DNA from: Alphaproteobacteria bacterium
GTDB taxonomy: Bacteria > Pseudomonadota > Alphaproteobacteria > JAOXRX01
Assembly (NCBI GenBank): GCA_025800285.1
Contig: JAOXRX010000037.1
Coordinates: 52,651 to 116,650 of the forward strand
Reading direction: 5' to 3'
DNA: 64,000 bases
Shown piece by piece: positions 7,494-13,592 of this stretch; positions within the stretch are counted from its first letter, which is position 1, and every line of letters starts with the position of its first letter. A model generated the notes under the pieces. That model did no database searches and was not told the DNA's origin. It was given only the letters and a program-made list of their open reading frames with translations. A program made the position numbers and the translations under genes.

Positions 7494-8750
7494 ATGACAA
7501 AAAAATTTGATACATTTGATATATCAAAACAACTTAAAACAAGGCTAGCTAAAATGAATTACATTACCGCTACAGATATACAAGCACAAACTATTCCTGC
7601 AGTATTAGCTGGTAAAGATATTCTAGCATCATCCCAAACAGGTACTGGGAAAACAGCTGCATTTTTAATACCCATTTTAACCCTACTAAATAATAACAAG
7701 GGGCATAGAGCCTTAATCATAGCTCCAACAAGAGAGCTAGCGAAACAAGTTTGGTCTGTAGCGAATGAAATGATGGGCACAAACAAACATACAGCTTTAC
7801 TTATAGGTGGTGATAGCATGCCTAAACAGGTTGCTCAATTAAAACATAATCCTAAACTTATAATTGGTACACCTGGGAGAATCAATGATCACTTATCAAA
7901 AAGAAAATCCCTAAAATTAGACAATGCTCACTATTTAATTTTAGACGAAACTGATAGAATGCTAGACATGGGCTTTGGAGTTCAAATAGATGAAATAATT
8001 ACTCATATGCCAAAAGAGAAGCAAACAATTATGTTCTCTGCAACTCTACCAAAAGGAATCATAAAAGTTTCAGAAAAGTATTTAAAAGACCCTGCTAGAA
8101 TTTCTTCTGGAGAAGCAAATACTATAGTTGATAAAATAAAAGAAAAAATTATAAACACTGAAGAAAGATTTGAAGAATTAATTAAAGAGTTAAAAAGAGC
8201 TTCAGGATCTGTAATTATCTTTGCAAGAACACAAAGAAATACAGAAAAGTTACATACTAAGCTACACAAAAACACTAATTATAAAGCCGACTATCTTCAT
8301 GGAGGCTTAAGACAAAATAAAAGAGAAAGAGTAGTAAAAAGATTTAGAGATGCTAAGTTTAAAATATTAATTGCTACAGATGTTGCCTCTAGAGGATTAG
8401 ACATACCTCATATCGATCATGTTATTAATTACGATCTACCTGACAGTCCTGAAGATTATATACATCGCATAGGGAGAACTGCTAGAGCAGGAAAAGAAGG
8501 TGAGTCTATTTCTATAATTTCTAGAAAAGATGAGCATAAATGGTGTGCAATACAAAGATTCTTACAAGGAGAAGAAGCTTCTCCAAAAGACACCAAGAAA
8601 AAAAGAAAAAAGAAAAAGAAGAATAACTCTCTTTATAAGAAAAACAAAAAAGGCAATCCTGGAAAAGATAAGAAAACATCTAAAAGAGACGGTCATATGA
8701 AAAATCATAAAAACAAGACCTCAAAGAATAAGGGGAAAAGAAAGAGCTAG
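7494..8750 (+). CDS. DEAD-box ATP-dependent RNA helicase (RhlE-like) with a Lys-rich C-terminal tail
   Basis: Q-motif region; SSQTGTGKT (motif I); PTRELA; SAT; HRIGRTARAG (motif VI). Motif II reads DETD (gac gaa act gat). The tail is KKKRKKKKKNN...KNKGKRKS. Confidence 0.85.
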   Translation: MTKKFDTFDISKQLKTRLAKMNYITATDIQAQTIPAVLAGKDILASSQTGTGKTAAFLIPILTLLNNNKGHRALIIAPTRELAKQVWSVANEMMGTNKHTALLIGGDSMPKQVAQLKHNPKLIIGTPGRINDHLSKRKSLKLDNAHYLILDETDRMLDMGFGVQIDEIITHMPKEKQTIMFSATLPKGIIKVSEKYLKDPARISSGEANTIVDKIKEKIINTEERFEELIKELKRASGSVIIFARTQRNTEKLHTKLHKNTNYKADYLHGGLRQNKRERVVKRFRDAKFKILIATDVASRGLDIPHIDHVINYDLPDSPEDYIHRIGRTARAGKEGESISIISRKDEHKWCAIQRFLQGEEASPKDTKKKRKKKKKNNSLYKKNKKGNPGKDKKTSKRDGHMKNHKNKTSKNKGKRKS

Positions 8751-8765
8751 TAAGTTCAATAAACA

Positions 8766-8794
8766 TTGACAAATTGTCAACTTTAATATACATT
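8766..8794 (+). promoter_or_regulatory. Candidate typA promoter, TTGACA-17-TACATT; its -35 lies within a palindrome
   Basis: TTGACA at 8766-8771 and TACATT at 8789-8794, with a 17-nt spacer. TTGACAAaTTGTCAA (8766-8780) is a 7+7 inverted repeat. Confidence 0.4.
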
Positions 8795-8821
8795 TATTGC
8801 AAATAATAAAAAGGAAATATC

Positions 8822-10639
8822 ATGGAATTTAGAAATATAGCAATCATTGCCCATGTTGATCATGGCAAAACCACTCTTGTTGACAATATGCTGAAACAAA
8901 GTGGAGCTTTTGAAGCTCATAAAGAAATGGCTGACAGAGTTATGGACTCTAACGATTTAGAAAAAGAAAGAGGAATAACAATTTCTGCTAAATGCACTTC
9001 AATTGAGTGGAAAAACTATAGAATCAACATTGTTGACACTCCTGGTCATGCTGACTTTGGAGGAGAAGTAGAAAGAATACTAAGTATGGTTGACGGAGTT
9101 GTATTGCTAGTTGATTCTGCAGAAGGATGCCTACCTCAAACTAAATTTGTTTTAACAAAAGCTTTAGGCTTAGGGCTAAAGCCGATGGTAGTTGTAAACA
9201 AAGTTGATAGAGGAGATGCAAGACCTCACGAAGTTCATGATGAAGTTTTCGATTTATTTGACAAAATTGGAGCGAATGACGAACAACTAGACTTCCCAAC
9301 ACTGTTTGCAGTTGGAAGAGATGGTTGGGCTGTGGAAGATTATGAAAATGATACTCCTAAAGATTTGTCCCCGTTATTTGACTTAATAATAGATCATGTT
9401 CCTGCACCAACTTGTGCTCCTGAAAAACCATTTGCTATGCTAACGACTCTTATAGAATCAGATCCTTATGTTGGCAGAGTTCTAACAGGTAAAGTTTATA
9501 ACGGAAACATAAAAGTTGGCTCTCCTATTAAAGCTATCTCTCTTGATGGTAAGACAATAGAACAAGGCAAGGTTACAAAAATTATGGCTTTCCGTGGAGT
9601 AGAAAGAACATCTGTAAGTGAAGCTATCGCTGGAGACATTATTTCTATAGCTGGATTATCAAAAGCAACTGTAGCAGATACAATTTGTGATTTATCAGTA
9701 GAAAAGGCTTTTGAAGCACACCCAATCGATCCTCCTACACTTTCAATGACATTCTCTGTTAACGATTCTCCGTTCGCAGGTCAAGAAGGAGATAAACTTA
9801 CTTCAAGAGTAATTGCAGCAAGATTATTTAAAGAAGCTGAAAGCAATGTAGCTCTAAAAGTTGAAGAAACTGAAGATAAAAATAGCTTTATTGTATCTGG
9901 TCGTGGAGAACTACAATTAGGAGTGCTAATAGAAACTCTTAGAAGAGAAGGATTCGAACTTTCTATCTCAAGACCTCATGTTGTTTATAAATATGAAGAC
10001 GGTCAAAAACTAGAGCCAATTGAAGAAGTTATTATCGATGTTGAAGATGAGTTCTCTGGTATAGTTATTGAGAAAATGAATAAAAGAAAAGGTATTATGT
10101 CAGACTTAAGACCTTCTGGCGATGGAAAAACAAGAATAACATTCTATACTCCATCAAGAGGTCTAATCGGTTATTTATCTGAGTTTAGAACAGATACAAG
10201 AGGAACTGGTGTTATGAATAGATTATTCCATAACTACGAACCGTTTAAAGGAGAAATTGAGAAATATAGATCAGGAGTTCTAATCTCTATGGGAAACGGA
10301 GTCGCAGCTCCATTTGCTTTATTCAACTTAGAAGCAAGAGGTGTAATGTTCATTGATGCTGGTGTAAAAGTTTATGATGGCATGATTATTGGAGAACATT
10401 CTCAAAGCAATGATTTGGAAGTAAACCCTATTAAAGGTAAGCAACTTACAAACATCCGTGCTTCTGGTAAAGATGAGGCTGTTAAGCTTACAACCCCGAT
10501 TACAATGAGCTTAGAAGAGGCAATTTCATACATTCATGATGATGAATTAGTTGAAGTTACTCCTGAGAGTATGAGACTTAGAAAAAAACATTTAAGTGCT
10601 ATTGACAGGAAAAAAGCTTTAAGAGCTAAAAACAAATAG
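8822..10639 (+). CDS. typA: Translational GTPase TypA/BipA
   Basis: 605 aa. It has AIIAHVDHGKTTL (G1), DTPGHADF (G3) and NKVD (G4) motifs and a BipA-type C-terminal domain. Confidence 0.95.
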   Translation: MEFRNIAIIAHVDHGKTTLVDNMLKQSGAFEAHKEMADRVMDSNDLEKERGITISAKCTSIEWKNYRINIVDTPGHADFGGEVERILSMVDGVVLLVDSAEGCLPQTKFVLTKALGLGLKPMVVVNKVDRGDARPHEVHDEVFDLFDKIGANDEQLDFPTLFAVGRDGWAVEDYENDTPKDLSPLFDLIIDHVPAPTCAPEKPFAMLTTLIESDPYVGRVLTGKVYNGNIKVGSPIKAISLDGKTIEQGKVTKIMAFRGVERTSVSEAIAGDIISIAGLSKATVADTICDLSVEKAFEAHPIDPPTLSMTFSVNDSPFAGQEGDKLTSRVIAARLFKEAESNVALKVEETEDKNSFIVSGRGELQLGVLIETLRREGFELSISRPHVVYKYEDGQKLEPIEEVIIDVEDEFSGIVIEKMNKRKGIMSDLRPSGDGKTRITFYTPSRGLIGYLSEFRTDTRGTGVMNRLFHNYEPFKGEIEKYRSGVLISMGNGVAAPFALFNLEARGVMFIDAGVKVYDGMIIGEHSQSNDLEVNPIKGKQLTNIRASGKDEAVKLTTPITMSLEEAISYIHDDELVEVTPESMRLRKKHLSAIDRKKALRAKNK

Positions 10640-10691
10640 ATTATAAAAAAGCTTGCATTTTTTATAAAAATGGAGTAGCTTACTGGAATAA

Positions 10692-10719
10692 ATAAGGAGA
10701 GGTGGCTGAGTGGCTGAAA
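10692..10719 (+). repeat. Orphan copy of the 5' end of tRNA-Ser: a 28-bp direct repeat of 10872-10899
   Basis: ATAAGGAGAGGTGGCTGAGTGGCTGAAA occurs identically at 10692-10719 and 10872-10899. The first copy is not followed by an anticodon arm, a T arm or a 3' acceptor strand. Confidence 0.85.
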
Positions 10720-10875
10720 ATACGCTTAGTCTTCTCAAGAAGCAAAGCGACTGCAAGAAGACTTAGTCTTTTGCCCGAATACGAGCCTAAAAGGCGAAGT
10801 ACCGAGGGAAATCGTGGAGCTTTTAAGTTAGAGTTAAATAGTTTTTTAAATCTAGCTTCACAATTGGTTATATAA

Positions 10876-10966
10876 GGAGAGGTGGCTGAGTGGCTGAAAG
10901 CGCGCCCCTGCTAAGGGTGTATAGGGCAACCCCCTATCGAGGGTTCGAATCCCTCTCTCTCCGCCA
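10876..10966 (+). tRNA. tRNA-Ser (anticodon GCU), class II, with encoded CCA
   Basis: Acceptor GGAGAGG / TCTCTCC with a G-U pair at position 7-66. Anticodon stem-loop CGCCC-CTGCTAA-GGGTG. Long variable arm. T arm GAGGG-TTCGAAT-CCCTC. Discriminator G followed by CCA. Confidence 0.95.
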
Positions 10967-10977
10967 TAAATAAAAAA

Positions 10978-11001
10978 GTCGTGCATAGCACGGCTTTTTT
11001 G
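10978..11001 (+). terminator. Rho-independent terminator after tRNA-Ser
   Basis: GTCGTGC-ata-GCACGGC hairpin (one G-U pair) followed by TTTTTT. Confidence 0.7.
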
Positions 11002-11153
11002 TTTATAGGAGTGAAGTTAGGATTAGAAACTTTATGAGTAAATCTTTGATTTACGAATGGTTCGACAATTGAACTTCATTTCATAGGGCAGAGCCCGCAT
11101 GAAATGTTAGTGATTGCAACTTTTGAAGAAACCTTAGTTTCTGATAAAAGTAA

Positions 11154-11440
11154 TCCCTCTCTTTACATAATATTTTTCAATTTATATTCGATGAATTAGG
11201 AATAGATAAAATAGCGAAGGAAGTTAATAAACATTTCTCAAATCAAGATATAGACATCATTGTCATAGATCCATGGAGAAATATCTACGAACAAGGATTG
11301 TCAGGAAAAAGCTCTGTCGATCCAAATGCTGATATTATAGCTTTTTTCAAAAGCCGTATTGAAAGTTTGCGAGAAAAAACAAATCCGAATGCTGGAATTG
11401 TGATAGCTCACCATACAAATAAGAACCAAGAATTAGAACA
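11154..11440 (+). pseudogene. Remnant of a RepA/AAA_25-type (RecA-fold) plasmid or phage replication ATPase
   Basis: The frame is open from 11154 without an upstream ATG. The translation ...IDIIVIDPWRNIYEQG...ADIIAFFKSRIESLREKTNPNAGIVIAHHTNK matches the Walker-B strand and the downstream 'vvlvHHtsK' block of RepA-like ATPases. There is no Walker A, and the frame decays into hydrophobic junk by 11501. Confidence 0.5.
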
Positions 11441-11514
11441 CAAAATATTATTAATATATATATTTGTTTTTTCATGGTTGTATTATTACGACCTTTTATA
11501 ATTTAAAATTCTAT

Positions 11515-11895
11515 TCATAACGAAAGTTTGTAATTAATATATATGCTAAAAGACAATATAAAATTGTAATACATAAAGTATATTATAGCCATGCAAAAAT
11601 AATAACCAATACATATGAAGCGACTTTTTAGTTTATTCTTAATATCTAAAACATTATTTTTTGTTTTCCAAAATATAAAGGAATACAAAAAAACAATCAA
11701 AAATATCATAAGTAAAGAAAAATAAACATTAGGGCAATCCCCTTTTATACATACATATTTGTTATAATAATCTTCGTTAAATATAGAAATCATGTAATTT
11801 TTTATGGATATTATACTAATTGTTATAAAACCGAAAAGCCCTAGTATAAAAATTATGCTTGGTATATTATTTGCAATTTTTCTAAATTTATTCAT
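11515..11895 (-). CDS. Small 3-TM membrane protein: candidate immunity protein or holin-like partner of the upstream enzyme
   Basis: 126 aa consisting almost only of hydrophobic helices. It lies 38 nt downstream of the Tlde1-like gene on the same strand. No family recognised. Confidence 0.55.
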   Translation of the reverse strand: MNKFRKIANNIPSIIFILGLFGFITISIISIKNYMISIFNEDYYNKYVCIKGDCPNVYFSLLMIFLIVFLYSFIFWKTKNNVLDIKNKLKSRFICIGYYFCMAIIYFMYYNFILSFSIYINYKLSL

Positions 11896-11933
11896 AATAA
11901 TAATTGTTTAACATATAGGCTTATATAATGCAA

Positions 11934-12557
11934 TTATTTTTTATATTGAACTATTAAATCAATAGTTCCTATTTCTGATATTGATCTAAATTCTTCTAAA
12001 AAACTTTTTATTTCAGATGTTAGATCTATGCATCCTATAGAACCAGGATATGTACCTCCATGGATAGAAAACCCACTTCTTCCTTTTGTATCAGTTCCCT
12101 TTTTGGGATCAAGCCATACTCTTCCATCTCCCCATGACTTTTCCCCTCCCGGAAAAGTTCCACCATAAAATATACCTTTAAATTTATCCCAATCACTTCT
12201 ATTATCAGTATACTGAATATCAGGTCTTACTTTATATTCTCCTTCAGGAATTGGACCTTTATTTTTTTTATCAGTATCTTCAGGATGTTGATATCCTGGT
12301 TTACCAGAAACACCATTCCAAGATTTAATAACCTCTTCCGCCCAAATGAGTTTTAAAATTTTGCCATTAAATAATAAATAAGGTTTTCCTTCTCTTTGAT
12401 ATATTTTCTTTAAATGGCATCTACAATTTGGATGTATAGGTAGTTTAGGAGCATCTTGCATTTTATCAAACCTTTTTCCTTGATGTTCTTTGCATTTATC
12501 ACAAATATTGTCTCCTTCGTTTTGATAAACCCAATCATAAATTTCATATTGTTGCAT
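11934..12557 (-). CDS. MuF-type Cys/His knuckle fused to a Tlde1/DUF2778-like (L,D-transpeptidase-fold) peptidoglycan-acting domain
   Basis: Residues 19-47 read CDKC...PIHPNCRC, the terminal motif of Phage_Mu_F/SPP1 gp7. Next come LLFNGKILKL...SWNGVSGKPGY, GPIPEGEYKV and GRSGFSIHGGTYPGSIGCIDL. This is the DUF2778/Tlde1 pattern, with a conserved His and the S-x-G-C catalytic Cys. Confidence 0.7.
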   Translation of the reverse strand: MQQYEIYDWVYQNEGDNICDKCKEHQGKRFDKMQDAPKLPIHPNCRCHLKKIYQREGKPYLLFNGKILKLIWAEEVIKSWNGVSGKPGYQHPEDTDKKNKGPIPEGEYKVRPDIQYTDNRSDWDKFKGIFYGGTFPGGEKSWGDGRVWLDPKKGTDTKGRSGFSIHGGTYPGSIGCIDLTSEIKSFLEEFRSISEIGTIDLIVQYKK

Positions 12558-13129
12558 TATTTTTCTCCTTTTCTTGAGATTGGTAAATTATTATTTACTT
12601 CTGTTAATTTTTTATCTAAATTAATTTTCTTTTTCCCCCAGCAGTATTCAGCATAAACATTGTTAAAAGCTCCATCCTTAATAGCTCTTTTAATTTCTAA
12701 CAAAGGATAAAAAGAGCAAATTTTTTCTAAAAAAGATTTAGTTTTATTACCTAAAATTCCATCCTCTTTTAGAGCTATGATTTCTGTTATTTGATGTTCT
12801 TTTTTATATCCTGTGAGAATATTTAATCCTCTTTGCAAATCTTTTAAAGCTTGTTCTTTTCCTACTCTCTTTGAATGAGTCTGCAGAAATTCATTTAATT
12901 CAGATATTTTCTCTTTAGTTGAAGAGGGTTTTATTACTTTATTCTCTTTTATTGCTACCACAGGAGGTTCTTCTTCAATTACTTGCTTTTTTAGTTCTGG
13001 TTTTTTAGCGACTTTCTTTATAGGCCTTTCTTCAATACCATATTCTCTTTTTAAAAAGGATTTAATCTCTTGCTCAAAAAGGTGTTGTTTATAAGCCTTT
13101 TTAATATTTTCATAATTAAAATTTATCAT
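12557..13129 (-). CDS. Hypothetical protein with a Lys/Glu-rich linker and a PG_binding_1-like segment
   Basis: 190 aa. ALKDLQRGLNILTGYKK...LKEDGILGNKTKSFLEKI resembles the peptidoglycan-binding three-helix repeat (LQ..L..lGY...DG.fG..T..a...fq). Its stop overlaps the next start by 1 nt. Confidence 0.55.
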   Translation of the reverse strand: MINFNYENIKKAYKQHLFEQEIKSFLKREYGIEERPIKKVAKKPELKKQVIEEEPPVVAIKENKVIKPSSTKEKISELNEFLQTHSKRVGKEQALKDLQRGLNILTGYKKEHQITEIIALKEDGILGNKTKSFLEKICSFYPLLEIKRAIKDGAFNNVYAEYCWGKKKINLDKKLTEVNNNLPISRKGEK

Positions 13130-13141
13130 TATATTTGCTCC

Positions 13142-13170
13142 AATAAAAAAGCCCTGTCTTGCGACAGAGC
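13142..13170 (-). terminator. Terminator-like hairpin plus U-run in the leader of the cassette (possible attenuator or insulator)
   Basis: On the minus strand, GCtCTGTC-gcaa-GACAGGGC is followed by TTTTTTATT and then the SD GGAG 8 nt before the ATG at 13129. Confidence 0.4.
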
Positions 13171-13196
13171 ATAGGTATTTCTTTTTCTAATTACCT

Positions 13197-13225
13197 TCTA
13201 TAGGACATTATTCCTAACTTGTCAA
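13197..13225 (-). promoter_or_regulatory. Candidate promoter for the cassette, TTGACA-17-TATAGA on the minus strand
   Basis: The reverse complement of 13220-13225 is TTGACA, and that of 13197-13202 is TATAGA. The spacer is 17 nt. Confidence 0.3.
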
Positions 13226-13311
13226 GTAAAAAATAATTTATTTGTTTTATTCGCTTTATTGTCTTTTTTGCTGGACTTTCTCTGAAAGTTATGGCTTTGT
13301 TGTGTTGTGCC

Positions 13312-13325
13312 GCGACTCGAGTCGC
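13312..13325. repeat. Perfect 14-bp GC-rich palindrome GCGACTCGAGTCGC
   Basis: Read directly from the sequence. It is flanked by GTTGT...ACAAC, which could extend the stem. It is an isolated GC-rich element in AT-rich spacer, 25 nt upstream of a strong SD. Confidence 0.9.
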
Positions 13326-13350
13326 TAAAACAACTAAACCAGGAGGATAT

Positions 13351-13440
13351 ATGGAATTAGAGATTAAAAAGAAAGTAGGTTTAAATCTATTTAAAATTCG
13401 CAGAGAAAAGCATTATCAAATTAATTCTGATTACTATTAA
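13351..13440 (+). CDS. 29-aa mini-ORF resembling the N-terminus of an XRE-family HTH protein (probably a truncated relic)
   Basis: AGGAGG lies 4 nt upstream of the ATG. The translation is MELEIKKKVGLNLFKIRREKHYQINSDYY*. VGLNLFKIRREK resembles the 'iG.rlk.lR.ek' start of Cro/CI-type HTH proteins, but the ORF stops before the recognition helix. Confidence 0.3.
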   Translation: MELEIKKKVGLNLFKIRREKHYQINSDYY

Positions 13441-13505
13441 AGACTGCATACAAAATATAATTTTAGCATATTATTATAATTAACTTTCTCACAATATTAA
13501 AAAAG

Positions 13506-13534
13506 TTGCAAACATGCTAATTTTATGATATATT
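13506..13534 (+). promoter_or_regulatory. Sigma-70-like promoter, TTGCAA-17-TATATT
   Basis: TTGCAA at 13506-13511 and TATATT at 13529-13534, with a 17-nt spacer. It lies about 60 nt upstream of the 13593 ATG, which has the SD AAGGAG. Confidence 0.5.
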
Positions 13535-13592
13535 AACAGTGCACAGAACAAAGATTGTTTTATAATTAAACAAAATTAAGGAGATAAAAAAT

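Noticed and set aside
7559-8275. Antisense ORFs inside the helicase gene (7559..7819, 8003..8275)
   Set aside because: They lie opposite a canonical DEAD-box helicase. They have no independent signals.
8575-8750. Purine-rich AAG/AAA tract as a DNA repeat or slippage-prone element
   Set aside because: It is in frame and encodes the Lys-rich helicase tail. I saw no regular repeat unit.
10696-10875. Possibility that the first GGAGAGGTGGCTGAGTGGCTGAAA copy starts a second functional tRNA, an intron-containing tRNA-Ser, or one piece of a permuted two-piece tmRNA
   Set aside because: After the shared 24 nt there is no anticodon stem-loop, no GTTCGAATC-type T arm and no complementary CCTCTCC acceptor strand or CCA before the real tRNA begins. 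The start is GGAGAGG of Ser type, not the GGGG/G-U alanine identity expected of tmRNA. I treat it as a duplicated fragment only.
11298-11501. Track ORF of 67 aa (TTG start) as an intact gene
   Set aside because: Its recognisable part is the middle of a RepA/AAA_25-type ATPase that continues upstream in the same frame without a start codon or Walker A. Its C-terminus degenerates into hydrophobic nonsense. I call it a pseudogene fragment instead.
12456-12656. 66-aa plus-strand ORF spanning the junction of the two cassette genes
   Set aside because: It is antisense to two motif-bearing, translationally coupled minus-strand genes. The translation is Phe/Ile/Leu junk.
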